From Gammaproteobacteria bacterium (lineage in GTDB: Bacteria > Pseudomonadota > Gammaproteobacteria > Ga0077536), in contig JBBDTC010000061.1 of NCBI GenBank assembly GCA_040904625.1, positions 1-51,897 of the forward strand: a stretch of DNA of 51,897 nucleotides, written 5' to 3'. Below the pieces are notes generated by a model. It did not search any database. It was not told where the DNA came from and saw only the letters and a list, made by a program, of their open reading frames with translations. How positions within the stretch are numbered: position 1 is the first letter of the stretch; the number at the start of each line of letters is the position of its first letter. Made by a program: the position numbers and the translations under genes. Of this stretch, positions 36,248 to 48,586 are shown piece by piece.

Positions 36248-39200
36248 GACGAGCACTCCTGGTGGAGGTCTTGCAAGCGCCGTATCGTCTCGGCGCTGGT
36301 GTCGGTCAGGGCCATGACCGCCGCGGTAGCGCCCGCGACAGTGGTGGTGTAGGCGACCCGGCGGCTCAATGCGCTGGCCCGAATCGAGAACGAATCGGCA
36401 ATCGAGCGCTTACCCTCGGTGGTATTGATGATCAAATCGATATCGTCATTCTTAATCATATCAACAATATGCGGCTGACCCTGCGCGACTTTGTTGACGC
36501 GCTCACAATCGATGCCGGCTTCGCGCAGAACGCGTGCGGTCGAGCCAGTCGCGACGATGCGAAAACCGTGCTGGAAAAGTGCCCGCGCCAGGGGCACTAC
36601 CGCGGGTTTGTCGGGATCACGGACGCTGATGAAAGCGGTGCCTCCGGTCGGCAGGGCCATGCCGGCCGCCTGTTGCGACTTGCCGAACGCCTCGCCGAAC
36701 GTCGCACCGATCCCCATGACTTCACCGGTCGATTTCATTTCCGGCCCGAGCAGGGGATCGACGCCGGGAAATTTCACGAACGGGAACACCGCTTCCTTGA
36801 CGGAATAGTAAGGCGGCACGCGTTCGCCGCCCACGCGCTGCATCGCCAGCGTCTCTCCCATCATGCAGCGGGCAGCCACATACGGCAACGAGAGCCCAAT
36901 GGCCTTGGAGACGAACGGGGCGGTGCGCGATGCACGCGGATTGACTTCGAGGACATAGATATCCTCACCCTGGATCGCGAACTGCACGTTCATCAAGCCG
37001 ATCACGTCGAGCCCACGCGCCATCACTTCCACCTGGCGCCTGATCTCGTTCTGGATCATCGGTGTCAGCGTATGCGGAGGCAATGCGCAGGCGGAATCTC
37101 CAGAATGGACGCCAGCCTGTTCAATGTGCTCCATGATGCCACCGATGAACACCTCGGTACCGTCACAGATGGCATCGACATCGACCTCAATCGCGCTCTC
37201 GAGGAAATGATCGAGCAATACCGGCGATTCGTTCGATACCGCGACTGCTGCCTGCATGTAACGCTCGAGATCGGCGTCGTTGTAGACGATCTCCATGGCG
37301 CGGCCACCCAGGACATAGGATGGGCGCACGACCAGGGGATAACCGATTTCCGCGGCGCGCATCGTCGCCTCGTCGGCCCGGCGCACAGTGCGGTTGGGCG
37401 GTTGGCGCAAGCCGGTGGTTTCCAGGAATCGTTGGAAGCGTTCGCGATCCTCCGCCAGATCGATGGAGTCGGGTGACGTACCGATGATCGGCACACCAGC
37501 CTGCTCGAGCTCACGGGCGAGCTTCAATGGCGTCTGCCCGCCGAATTGAACGATGACCCCGCGCGGCCGTTCGATCGCCACGATCTCGAGTACGTCCTCG
37601 AGCGTCAGGGATTCGAAATAGAGACGATCGGATGTGTCGTAATCGGTGGACACGGTCTCCGGATTACAGTTGATCATGATCGATTCGAAGCCGGCATCAC
37701 GCGCCGCGATCGACGCCTGCACGCAGCAATAGTCGAATTCGATACCTTGCCCGATGCGGTTAGGCCCGCCGCCGAGAACGATAATCTTCTCGCGCTCCGT
37801 AGGCCGCGCTTCGCACTCGTCTTCGTAGGTCGAATACATGTAAGCGGTGCTGACATCGAACTCGGCCGCGCAGGAATCGACCCGCTTGAATACCGGACGC
37901 ACATCCAGATCGTGGCGCAAGCGCCTGAGTTCGACCTCATCGACGCCGACCAATGCGGCGAGGCGGGCATCGGAGAAGCCTTTGCGTTTGAGCTGGCGCA
38001 GGCGAACCGCGTCGAGCGCGGCGACTCCGGCCGCTGCAATCGCGCTTTCGAGTTCGACGAGCTCGGCAATCTGAGTGAGGAACCAGCGATCGATTCGGGT
38101 CATGTCGAAGACGTCTTCGAGTCCCAGGCCATAGCGGAATGCTTCGCCCACATACCAGATGCGCTGTGGCCCTGCTGCAAAGAGCTCCCGGCGCAGCACA
38201 TCGTCGGCCAGCGGCGCATCGGGGGGCGCCAACGGGTCGAGGCCGTTTGCCCCGGTCTCGAGCCCGCGCAGGGCCTTGTGCAGCGATTCCTGAAACGTGC
38301 GGCCAATGGCCATGACTTCGCCGACGGATTTCATCTGTGTCGTCAGACGATCATCGGCCTGCGGAAACTTCTCGAATGCGAAGCGCGGGATTTTGGTCAC
38401 GACATAATCGAGGGTGGGCTCGAACGAGGCCGGTGTCGCTCCACCGGTAATCTCGTTGTCGAGTTCGTCGAGCGTGTAACCGACTGCCAGCTTGGCGGCC
38501 ACTTTGGCAATGGGAAAACCGGTTGCCTTCGAGGCCAACGCCGACGACCGCGAGACGCGCGGGTTCATCTCGATCACGATAAGCCGACCATCGTCCGGAT
38601 TGACTGCGAATTGCACATTCGAACCGCCCGTATCGACGCCAATCTCGCGCAGCACCGCGATCGAGGCGTCGCGCATGATCTGGTATTCCTTGTCGGTCAA
38701 GGTCTGTGCCGGCGCCACCGTGATCGAATCGCCGGTGTGCACGCCCATGGGGTCCAGATTCTCGATCGAACAAATGATGATGCAATTGTCGGCGTGGTCA
38801 CGCACGACCTCCATCTCGTATTCCTTCCAGCCCAGTACCGATTCCTCGAGCAGGATTTCGTTGGTCGGTGAGGCATCCAGACCCCGGCGGCAAATCTCCT
38901 CGAACTCTTCCTTGTTGTAGGCGATGCCACCGCCGCTGCCGCCGAGCGTGAACGACGGCCGGATGATGACCGGGAAACCCAGCTTTTTCTGCCCGGCGCG
39001 GGCGTCATCCATGTCATGGGCAATCTCCGAGCGCGCCGAAGCGAGCCCGATGTTGTCCATCGCCTGGCGGAATTTCAGCCGGTCTTCGGCTTTGTCGATG
39101 GCTTCGCGCGAGGCGCCGATGAGTTCGACGCCGAAGCGTTCGAGCACGCCCTCGCGGGCGAGATCGAGCGCGCAGTTCAGGGCGGTTTGTCCGCCCATGG

Positions 39201-39465
39201 TCGGCAGCAATGCATCGGGACGTTCGCGCTCGATGATTTGCGCCACGGTCTGCCAGCGGATCGGTTCGATGTAGGTGGCGTCCGCCATGCCCGGATCGGT
39301 CATGATGGTCGCTGGATTGGAATTCACCAGGATGACGCGATAGCCCTCGTCGCGCAGGGCCTTGCAGGCCTGCGATCCGGAATAATCGAATTCGCATGCC
39401 TGCCCGATCACGATGGGCCCGGCGCCGATGACGAGAATCGACTCAATGTCGGTACGTTTACCCAT
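36244..39465 (-). CDS. carB: carbamoyl-phosphate synthase large subunit
   Basis: About 1073 aa with duplicated ATP-grasp halves. Preferred ATG at 39465 ([30 protein letters not shown]); the track ORF starts at a TTG at 39471. Confidence 0.98.
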   Translation of the reverse strand: MGKRTDIESILVIGAGPIVIGQACEFDYSGSQACKALRDEGYRVILVNSNPATIMTDPGMADATYIEPIRWQTVAQIIERERPDALLPTMGGQTALNCALDLAREGVLERFGVELIGASREAIDKAEDRLKFRQAMDNIGLASARSEIAHDMDDARAGQKKLGFPVIIRPSFTLGGSGGGIAYNKEEFEEICRRGLDASPTNEILLEESVLGWKEYEMEVVRDHADNCIIICSIENLDPMGVHTGDSITVAPAQTLTDKEYQIMRDASIAVLREIGVDTGGSNVQFAVNPDDGRLIVIEMNPRVSRSSALASKATGFPIAKVAAKLAVGYTLDELDNEITGGATPASFEPTLDYVVTKIPRFAFEKFPQADDRLTTQMKSVGEVMAIGRTFQESLHKALRGLETGANGLDPLAPPDAPLADDVLRRELFAAGPQRIWYVGEAFRYGLGLEDVFDMTRIDRWFLTQIAELVELESAIAAAGVAALDAVRLRQLKRKGFSDARLAALVGVDEVELRRLRHDLDVRPVFKRVDSCAAEFDVSTAYMYSTYEDECEARPTEREKIIVLGGGPNRIGQGIEFDYCCVQASIAARDAGFESIMINCNPETVSTDYDTSDRLYFESLTLEDVLEIVAIERPRGVIVQFGGQTPLKLARELEQAGVPIIGTSPDSIDLAEDRERFQRFLETTGLRQPPNRTVRRADEATMRAAEIGYPLVVRPSYVLGGRAMEIVYNDADLERYMQAAVAVSNESPVLLDHFLESAIEVDVDAICDGTEVFIGGIMEHIEQAGVHSGDSACALPPHTLTPMIQNEIRRQVEVMARGLDVIGLMNVQFAIQGEDIYVLEVNPRASRTAPFVSKAIGLSLPYVAARCMMGETLAMQRVGGERVPPYYSVKEAVFPFVKFPGVDPLLGPEMKSTGEVMGIGATFGEAFGKSQQAAGMALPTGGTAFISVRDPDKPAVVPLARALFQHGFRIVATGSTARVLREAGIDCERVNKVAQGQPHIVDMIKNDDIDLIINTTEGKRSIADSFSIRASALSRRVAYTTTVAGATAAVMALTDTSAETIRRLQDLHQECSS

Positions 39466-39467
39466 GA

Positions 39468-40619
39468 TCAATCCTGCCCATGACCTGTTGCCATGAGTTC
39501 GACGAAGTGGTCGAACAGTGCTTGTATGTCGTGTGGGCCGGGGCTCGCTTCGGGGTGTCCCTGGAAGCTGAAAGCAGGCCGCTCCTTATGACGTATGCCC
39601 TGCAGGCTGCCGTCGAAGAGTGACACGTGGGTTGCACTCAAGGCCGGCGGCAGCGACTGGGCGTCGACGGCGAAGCCGTGGTTCTGGCTGGTGATGAAAA
39701 CGCGCCCATCCGCGAGATCCTTGACCGGATGGTTGGCGCCGTGATGGCCGAATTTCATCTTCACCGTACGCGCGCCGCAAGCGAGCGCAAGCAGCTGGTG
39801 GCCGAGACAGATGCCGAATAGCGGCATGCCGTGGTCCAGCAGCGTGCGGATTGCCGTGATGGCGTAATCGCAAGGTTCCGGGTCTCCTGGACCGTTGGAG
39901 AGGAACACGCCGTGCGGCCGACGTCCAAGCACATCTTCCGCCGGGGTCGTCGCCGGCACGACCTCGATCTCACAGCCGCGGTCGGCAAGCAGCCGGAGGA
40001 TGTTGTGCTTGACCCCAAAGTCATAGGCGACGACCCGCCAGCGACCGTCACCAGGTGAGCTGTAGCTATCGCTGTCGAGGTCCCAGCTGCCGCCCTGCCA
40101 TCGGTATGCTGCGTCCGTGGTAACGACGCGCGCGAGATCGGCGCCGGCAAGACCGGGAAAGGCGCGCGCATGGGCCAGGGCCTGATCGACGTCGGCATCA
40201 GCACCGGCCGCGATACAGCCGGCCTGCGCACCGTGTTCGCGTAGTCTCCGGGTCAGTTTGCGTGTATCGATATCGGCGATCGCCACCACCTGCTGCTCAT
40301 GCAGGAATGCCGCCAGTGATTTCGACGCGCGCCAATTGCTGACCACCGTGGAAGCGTCGCGTACGATCAGCCCTGCCGCAAAGCTCCGCCGGGCTTCGTT
40401 GTCCAGGGCATTCGTCCCCGTATTGCCGATATGCGGATAGGTCAGGGTAACGATCTGCTGCGCATAGGAAGGATCGGTAAGGATTTCCTGGTAGCCCGTG
40501 ATGGCGGTATTGAACACCACCTCACCGACACCAAAACCATCGCATCCTATTGATCTTCCTTCAAATAAGGTGCCGTCCGCAAGGACGAGAACTGCTCGTT
40601 GATTCACATCTCCACCCAT
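39468..40619 (-). CDS. carA: carbamoyl-phosphate synthase small subunit
   Basis: 383 aa. Amidotransferase Cys motif GICLGHQLL. The start (ATG 40619 versus GTG 12 nt downstream) is not certain. Confidence 0.96.
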   Translation of the reverse strand: MGGDVNQRAVLVLADGTLFEGRSIGCDGFGVGEVVFNTAITGYQEILTDPSYAQQIVTLTYPHIGNTGTNALDNEARRSFAAGLIVRDASTVVSNWRASKSLAAFLHEQQVVAIADIDTRKLTRRLREHGAQAGCIAAGADADVDQALAHARAFPGLAGADLARVVTTDAAYRWQGGSWDLDSDSYSSPGDGRWRVVAYDFGVKHNILRLLADRGCEIEVVPATTPAEDVLGRRPHGVFLSNGPGDPEPCDYAITAIRTLLDHGMPLFGICLGHQLLALACGARTVKMKFGHHGANHPVKDLADGRVFITSQNHGFAVDAQSLPPALSATHVSLFDGSLQGIRHKERPAFSFQGHPEASPGPHDIQALFDHFVELMATGHGQD

Positions 40620-40658
40620 ATATGCAAAGCGGGAGACAGCCCGTTGACTGCTCCCGCT
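40620..40658 (-). terminator. attenuator-like hairpin plus U-tract immediately upstream of carA
   Basis: The minus-strand RNA reads AGCGGGAG-(15-nt loop)-CUCCCGCU followed by UUGCAUAU and then the carA AUG. The 8-bp GC-rich stem lies at 40628-40635 / 40651-40658. Confidence 0.3.
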
Positions 40659-40735
40659 CGATGGTCGCGGATTGTACTGCGAGGCCTCGACGCATGGAAA
40701 GGCCGCCTGCGGCCGCCCCGCCCGTCATCCGCACT

Positions 40736-41707
40736 TCAGGGCAGGTCGCTGGTACTCGGCCGGGCCGCCCGGTATCGATTGATCCGATGGGATATATCGA
40801 TCGCCAGGGCCAGCGCACGCTTGCCATCTTCGCCGCTGACCTGTGGCGCCACACCGAGACGTACGGCCTCGATGAAGGAAAAGATCTCGTCCATCAGCAC
40901 GTCGCGGCCGAGCAGGGTTTCCGTCTCGAAGGTACTCTGTGAGCGGGCCTCGCGCTCTCCTCCCGCTCCCAGCTCGCCGCTGCGCAGCTCATGATTCGTG
41001 AAATCCAGCTCGATGTAGTGATCGTCCTGCCAGACTTTCATTGCCCGCGTCGGCTCCTGAGACACCCGACTCGCTGCAAGCTCGGCGACCAGACCGCTCT
41101 CGAACTCGATGCGCGCGTGGGCGATGTCGATGTCGCTGGTCATCACCGCCGTGCCGGACGATTGAATGGTCCGCACCGTGCTATCGGCAATGCTCAGCAC
41201 GATATCGATGTCGTGAATCATCAAGTCGAGAACCACATCGACCTCCGTTCCGCGCGTCTTGTACGCGCTGAAACGCCGTCCCTCTATCAGGTGCGGACGG
41301 CGGATGTGCTTGCGCAAAGCGAGTATGACAGGATTGAAGCGCTCCAGATGCCCCACCTGGAGGACCAGCTGTCGAGCTGTCGCCAGGCGAATGAGCTCCT
41401 CCGCCTGTTCGACCCGCTCCGTGACCGGTTTCTCGACCAGGGTATGAATGCCGGCCGTCAGGCAATCCCGTGCGATGCTGAAATGCATGGCCGGCGGGAC
41501 CACGATCGAAACCAGATCGATGCCCCCGAGCACATCCTCGTAGCGACTCAGAGCGCGGGTGCCGTACTTCGCGGCAACCTCCCGGGCGCGCTCTTGATCG
41601 CTGTCGATGACCGCAACGAGGTCGACCTGAGGGCACTGGGTATACTTTTGGGCATGGAAATTGCCAAGGTAACCGACGCCGATGACGGCCGCACGGAGCT
41701 TCTGCAT
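40736..41707 (-). CDS. Gfo/Idh/MocA family NAD(P)-dependent oxidoreductase
   Basis: 323 aa. N-terminal Rossmann fold LRAAVIGVGYLGNFHAQ and the family EKP motif (TLVEKPV). Confidence 0.85.
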   Translation of the reverse strand: MQKLRAAVIGVGYLGNFHAQKYTQCPQVDLVAVIDSDQERAREVAAKYGTRALSRYEDVLGGIDLVSIVVPPAMHFSIARDCLTAGIHTLVEKPVTERVEQAEELIRLATARQLVLQVGHLERFNPVILALRKHIRRPHLIEGRRFSAYKTRGTEVDVVLDLMIHDIDIVLSIADSTVRTIQSSGTAVMTSDIDIAHARIEFESGLVAELAASRVSQEPTRAMKVWQDDHYIELDFTNHELRSGELGAGGEREARSQSTFETETLLGRDVLMDEIFSFIEAVRLGVAPQVSGEDGKRALALAIDISHRINRYRAARPSTSDLP

Positions 41708-41791
41708 GTGCTGTTCCCGCTGCTCGTATACGCGAATCGCCCGCGCCCCTCCGCACTGCTCCCGTGCGGCGGCCGGCAGTATAGCGCAGGC

Positions 41792-43739
<1,948 letters not shown>

Positions 43740-43770
43740 AGATGTCCCGGCTGTAATTTCCAAGTCTCTT

Positions 43771-43810
43771 CAAAACACAAGCCCGGCGAGGCTGTGGGCC
43801 TGGCCGGGCT
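43771..43810 (-). terminator. intrinsic terminator/attenuator hairpin between dnaK and dnaJ
   Basis: The minus-strand RNA reads AGCCCGGC-C-AGGC-CCACA-GCCU-C-GCCGGGCU followed by UGUGUUUUG. That is 12 paired positions with one C/C mismatch. Confidence 0.55.
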
Positions 43811-43831
43811 CGTCGCGCTTGAATCGCGCGC

Positions 43832-45766
43832 TTATTTATCGTCTTTGACTTCCTCGAAATCGGCATCGACCACGTTGTCATCACTCGATTTCCTGGATTC
43901 GCCGCCGGCGGGTTCATCGCCGCCGGCTGCGCCCGCGCCGCTACCGCCTTCGCCCTGCTGCGCTTTCTGCGCGATCTTACCGGCGAGTTCAGCGAGGCGT
44001 TGTGTCTTCGCTTCGATATCTCCGATATCTTCCCCCGCCATGGCGGTTTCGGCGGCGGCCAACGCGTCTTCGACTTCCTTACGCTCGTCGGCACTCACCT
44101 TGTCGCCCAGATCCTCCAGCGACTTGCGCGTGGTGTGTACCAGCGAATCGGCCTGATTGCGCGCGTTGACGACCTGCTGGAATTTGCGATCTTCTTCGGC
44201 GTGCGCTTCGGCGTCCTTGACCATACGGTCGATCTCGTCGTCGGTCAGGCCGCTCGAGGCCTTGATGACGATGGATTGGGCCTTGCCGGTCGCCTTGTCC
44301 TTGGCCGATACATTGAGGATACCGTTGGCATCGATGTCGAACGTGACTTCGATTTGCGGCATGCCGCGCGGCGCTGGGGGTATGTCGGCCAGATCGAAAC
44401 GCCCCAGGGACTTGTTGGCATCGGCCCGCTCGCGCTCACCCTGAAGCACGTGTACGGTGACTGCTGTCTGGCTGTCGTCTGCGGTCGAGAAAACCTGGTT
44501 GGCTTTGGTCGGGATGGTCGTATTCTTCTCGATCAGTTTGGTCATGACCCCGCCCAGGGTCTCGATTCCGAGAGACAGCGGCGTCACGTCGAGCAGCAGG
44601 ACGTCCTTGACGTCGCCGCCCAGTACACCCGCCTGAATGGCAGCGCCGACCGCCACGGCCTCGTCGGGATTGACGTCCTTGCGCGGTTCGCGACCGAAGA
44701 AGTCCTTGACCACTTCCTGCACTTTGGGCATACGCGTCTGGCCGCCGACGAGGATGACGTCGTCGATCTGCGACGCCGACAATCCGGCATCCTTGAGCGC
44801 CATGCGACAGGGGTCTATGGTGCGCTCAATCAGGTCATCGACTAGGCTCTCCAGCTTGGCCCGCGTGATCTTGACGTTGAGATGCTTCGGCCCCGTTGCA
44901 TCAGCCGTGATGTAGGGCAGATTGACGTCCGTCTGCTGACTCGAGGACAGCTCGATCTTGGCCTTCTCCGCCGCTTCCTTGAGGCGCTGCAGCGCCAGCG
45001 GATCGTTGTGCAGATCGATGCCCTGCTCTTTCTTGAATTGGTCGGCCAGGAAATCGATCAGGCGCAGATCGAAATCCTCGCCACCGAGGAACGTATCCCC
45101 GTTGGTTGCGAGCACCTCGAACTGGTGTTCGCCGTCGACTTCGGCGATTTCGATGATGGAGATGTCGAAAGTCCCGCCGCCGAGATCGTAGACCGCGATC
45201 TTGGCGTCGCCCTGGCGCCGGTCCATGCCATAGGCCAGCGCGGCCGCAGTGGGCTCGTTGATGATGCGCTTGACTTCGAGGCCGGCAATGCGACCGGCAT
45301 CCTTGGTGGCCTGACGCTGGGAATCGTTGAAGTAGGCCGGCACGGTGATCACGGCTTCCGAGACGGGCTCGCCGAGATAATCCTCGGCGGTCTTCTTCAT
45401 CTTCATCAGTACGCGCGCGGAAATCTCCGGCGGCGCCATCTTCTTGCCGTTGGCCTCGACCCAGGCATCGCCATTGTCGGCTTTGACGATGGGGTAAGGC
45501 ACCATGCTGCGGTCGCGCTGCACGACTTCATCGTCGAACTTGCGTCCGATCAGTCGCTTGACGGCGTACAAGGTGTTGCTGGGATTGGTTACCGCCTGGC
45601 GCTTGGCCGATTGCCCGACCAGCACCTCATCGTCACTGGTGTAGGCGACGACAGACGGCGTCGTGCGTGTACCTTCACTGTTCTCGATGACTCTGGCCTT
45701 GCCGCCCTCGAGCAGCGCCACGCAGGAGTTCGTTGTGCCGAGGTCGATTCCGATAATTCTGCCCAT
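43832..45766 (-). CDS. dnaK: molecular chaperone DnaK (Hsp70)
   Basis: 644 aa. N-terminus [12 protein letters not shown]; full Hsp70 architecture. Confidence 0.99.
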   Translation of the reverse strand: MGRIIGIDLGTTNSCVALLEGGKARVIENSEGTRTTPSVVAYTSDDEVLVGQSAKRQAVTNPSNTLYAVKRLIGRKFDDEVVQRDRSMVPYPIVKADNGDAWVEANGKKMAPPEISARVLMKMKKTAEDYLGEPVSEAVITVPAYFNDSQRQATKDAGRIAGLEVKRIINEPTAAALAYGMDRRQGDAKIAVYDLGGGTFDISIIEIAEVDGEHQFEVLATNGDTFLGGEDFDLRLIDFLADQFKKEQGIDLHNDPLALQRLKEAAEKAKIELSSSQQTDVNLPYITADATGPKHLNVKITRAKLESLVDDLIERTIDPCRMALKDAGLSASQIDDVILVGGQTRMPKVQEVVKDFFGREPRKDVNPDEAVAVGAAIQAGVLGGDVKDVLLLDVTPLSLGIETLGGVMTKLIEKNTTIPTKANQVFSTADDSQTAVTVHVLQGERERADANKSLGRFDLADIPPAPRGMPQIEVTFDIDANGILNVSAKDKATGKAQSIVIKASSGLTDDEIDRMVKDAEAHAEEDRKFQQVVNARNQADSLVHTTRKSLEDLGDKVSADERKEVEDALAAAETAMAGEDIGDIEAKTQRLAELAGKIAQKAQQGEGGSGAGAAGGDEPAGGESRKSSDDNVVDADFEEVKDDK

Positions 45767-45833
45767 GTTGTGCCTCTACTGGAATTTTCAGGTTGTCGCG
45801 GCCCGCTGTGGGGATATCGCGTGATTGCTGCTC

Positions 45834-45862
45834 TAGATGGGGCCCTCCGACCCGAATTCAAG
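45834..45862 (-). promoter_or_regulatory. sigma-32 (RpoH) heat-shock promoter for dnaK
   Basis: The minus strand reads CTTGAA (45862-45857), then a 14-nt spacer, then CCCCATCT (45842-45835). This matches the E. coli-type consensus CTTGAA-N13-15-CCCCATnT. It lies about 70 nt upstream of the dnaK ATG, and the -35 element overlaps the grpE stop codon. Confidence 0.7.
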
Positions 45863-46505
45863 CGCCGTTTGTGGCCGGCGCCTTGGCCACGACCACCAGC
45901 GCGGGGCGCAGCAGACGATCGTTGAGGAGGTAGCCTTTCTGCATGACGCGCACCACCGTGCCGGGCTCGGCGTCGGTAGTCTCTGCGGTGGTCATGGCCT
46001 GGTGGCGCTCGGGATCGAAGCGCTCACCGGCAGGGTCGACTGCACAAACCGCGAGCTTTTCGAAGAAATCGCCGAACATCTTGGCCGTCAGCTCCATGCC
46101 CTGGCGCAGGGCGTCGATATCCGTCGCGGTGTGGGCGGCTTCGAGTCCGAGGTCGATGCTGTCCTTGACCGACAGCAATTCGCCGACCAGGCGCTCCTGG
46201 CCATATTTGTGCGCCGCCTCGACATCGCGTTCCGCGCGCTTGCGCGCATTCTCCATCTCGGCCCGCACGCGCAGTATTTCGTTTTTCATTTCAGCGAGTT
46301 GTGCGTTGAGGCTCGCAATCTCCGCCTGCTCCGGGCTGATCGCTTCGGCGCTCTCGTCAGCGCCGCTGTCGACGCTCTCGCCGGCCGGCTGTTCGTCGGA
46401 TAGTGGCGGCGTTTCCGTTTCTCGATTCACTGGCAATGGGCCCTTTGTCTGTTGAGTACTCGCAATGCATGAGGTCGCCGTCCCACCTGTGCGGGCAGCG
46501 TCCAA
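45858..46505 (-). CDS. grpE: nucleotide exchange factor GrpE
   Basis: Core motif [17 protein letters not shown] and a conserved C-terminal beta domain. The true start may be downstream of 46505; an in-frame GTG gives VNRETETPP. Confidence 0.9.
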   Translation of the reverse strand: MDAARTGGTATSCIASTQQTKGPLPVNRETETPPLSDEQPAGESVDSGADESAEAISPEQAEIASLNAQLAEMKNEILRVRAEMENARKRAERDVEAAHKYGQERLVGELLSVKDSIDLGLEAAHTATDIDALRQGMELTAKMFGDFFEKLAVCAVDPAGERFDPERHQAMTTAETTDAEPGTVVRVMQKGYLLNDRLLRPALVVVAKAPATNGA

Positions 46506-46520
46506 CCACTCACATGCGGT

Positions 46521-47576
46521 TCAGTTTCTGGAATTCAAGGCCGTGCCGAGCATCTTGGCCGTGAGGTCGACGATGGGGATGACTCTCTCGTATTCCATGC
46601 GCGTCGGCCCAATCACGCCGAGCACGCCCAGGGTGCGATCGTCGTCGTTGTAGGTCGCGGTGACGATACTGCATTGATCGAGCACTTCGTAGCCCGATTC
46701 CTCGCCGATGAAGATCTGCACGCCGCTGGCGCTCAGAGCCTGGTCCAGCAGATGCAGGATATCGCGCTTCTGACTGAAGGCTTCGAACAGGCCACGCAGC
46801 TTCTCGATATCCGACAGCTCACTCTTGTCCATCAGATTGGTTTCGCCGGCGAGCACGTAGTCCTTGGTGCGCTCTTCGGCATCGACGAACACCTTCTGCG
46901 ACATTTCGATGACCAGCGCCATGAGTTGGTCCATCTCCGCCCGGGTGTCGGCCATCTCGGCGATGATGCGCGCCTTCACCGCTTCGAGGTCGCGCCCCGC
47001 AAATGCCGAGTTGAGGTAGTTGGCCGCGTGGGTGAGTTCGTTCTGGCCATAGACGCGGTTGGTCTTGATGATGCGATTTTCGACTTCGCGATCGTTGGTG
47101 ACCAGGATGGCCAGCACGCGGTTGTCGTTCAACGACAGAAATTCGACCTGGCGCAGGGCGCGCCGCTCGACGACCGGGACCATGACCAGGCCGGCGAGCC
47201 GGGTGACATCGGAGAGCAGACGGGAGGTGTTACCGAGCAAAGCCTGGATGTCGCCCTCGCCACCGAGGCTCGACTTCATCTGCCGGATCTCGTCCGGACT
47301 CAAATTGCTGAAAGTCACGATAGAGTCGACGAACAGACGATAACCGAGCGCCGTCGGCACTCGTCCCGCCGAAGTATGCGGCGATTTGATCAAGCCCATG
47401 TCTTCGAGATCCGCCATGACATTGCGGATACTCGCCGGGCTCAGATCGAGCTTGGCATCGCGCGCGAGCGTGCGCGAGCCGACGGGCTGGCCGTCAGCGA
47501 TGTAGCGTTCGACCAGTCGCCTGAACAGGTACTGGGCACGCTCGCTCAGCTTGATGTCGCTAGTTCCTCGAGTCAT
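46521..47576 (-). CDS. hrcA: heat-inducible transcription repressor HrcA
   Basis: 351 aa. N-terminal winged-helix region LSERAQYLFRRLVERYIADGQPVGSRTLA. The hrcA-grpE-dnaK-dnaJ order is conserved. Confidence 0.93.
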   Translation of the reverse strand: MTRGTSDIKLSERAQYLFRRLVERYIADGQPVGSRTLARDAKLDLSPASIRNVMADLEDMGLIKSPHTSAGRVPTALGYRLFVDSIVTFSNLSPDEIRQMKSSLGGEGDIQALLGNTSRLLSDVTRLAGLVMVPVVERRALRQVEFLSLNDNRVLAILVTNDREVENRIIKTNRVYGQNELTHAANYLNSAFAGRDLEAVKARIIAEMADTRAEMDQLMALVIEMSQKVFVDAEERTKDYVLAGETNLMDKSELSDIEKLRGLFEAFSQKRDILHLLDQALSASGVQIFIGEESGYEVLDQCSIVTATYNDDDRTLGVLGVIGPTRMEYERVIPIVDLTAKMLGTALNSRN

Positions 47577-47704
47577 GGCAGCCCCGTGCGGTTATCGCGT
47601 TGGCTTGATGGAAAAAAATCTAACACCCTGACCTGAGCAGTGCAAAATGCGCGTTGCCGGTCGGATCACCGAAATGCTAACTTGCCCGCAGATCCAGCCT
47701 GAGG

Positions 47705-48586
47705 GTGCCCGCCATGTTCACGCGCATCGGGATCGTGACGAAGACACACGATCCCGCAGTCCAAGACACCCTGCAAGCCGTGGTGCAGGTCCTCAATGAA
47801 CGTGGTGGTGCGACATTCGTCGACGATACCACGGACGTCAGCGGCATTGTCGGTTCGTTTGAACTGCGCGCGCGCGAAAAGTTGCCGGACGCCTGCGATC
47901 TGGTCATCTCCATCGGCGGCGATGGCACCCTGCTGCAATGCGCTGGCTCCATCTACCCACGTGAGGTCGCCTTGCTCGGTATCAACCTGGGCCGTCTCGG
48001 ATTCCTCACCGATCTGCCCCCCGCCGGACTCGAGCAGGCCTTGAATGCCGTCCTCGATGGTGCCTATCTGAGCGAGCAACGCGCAGTCCTCGGCTGCGAC
48101 GTCGTCCGCGACGGGCGCGTCGTCGCCTCCGAAGACGGCTTGAATGACATCGTCGTGCAGAAGTGGAACACTGCCCGCCTGGTCACCCTGCACACCCACG
48201 TCGACGGCAAATTCCTCCACGCCCAGCGGGCCGACGGGATGATCGTGGCCACCCCGACCGGCTCGACCGCCTACGCCCTGTCCGGCGGCGGCCCAATCCT
48301 CGACCCAGCCATCAGCGCGCTGGTGCTGGTGCCGATCTGCCCCCATACCCTGACCAATAGACCCATCGTGGTCAGCGACTCGGCGGTCATCGAGATCCAG
48401 GTCGTCACGGATCGGGAAGACGAATGCCGTGTCACTTGTGACGGCAACGCGTTTCTCAAACTGCTGCCGGACGATTGTGTGCGGATTTTTCGGCGAGGAC
48501 AGTCCATTCGACTCATCCACCCCGCCAATCACGACCATTTCGCGACATTGCGCGCCAAACTGAACTGGGGACGCGATCCTTGCTGA
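47705..48586 (+). CDS. nadK: NAD(+) kinase
   Basis: 293 aa. Motifs GGDGTLL and TPTGSTAY. The start could instead be the ATG 9 nt downstream (MFTRIGIV). Confidence 0.93.
   Translation: MPAMFTRIGIVTKTHDPAVQDTLQAVVQVLNERGGATFVDDTTDVSGIVGSFELRAREKLPDACDLVISIGGDGTLLQCAGSIYPREVALLGINLGRLGFLTDLPPAGLEQALNAVLDGAYLSEQRAVLGCDVVRDGRVVASEDGLNDIVVQKWNTARLVTLHTHVDGKFLHAQRADGMIVATPTGSTAYALSGGGPILDPAISALVLVPICPHTLTNRPIVVSDSAVIEIQVVTDREDECRVTCDGNAFLKLLPDDCVRIFRRGQSIRLIHPANHDHFATLRAKLNWGRDPC

Noticed and set aside
47577-47704. CIRCE (TTAGCACTC-N9-GAGTGCTAA) or sigma-32 promoter in the hrcA / nadK divergent region
   Set aside because: Only a partial TTAGCA half-site is present and no inverted partner. A sigma-70-like TTGCAC-N17-TAGATT (47645-47617, minus strand) is possible but weak.
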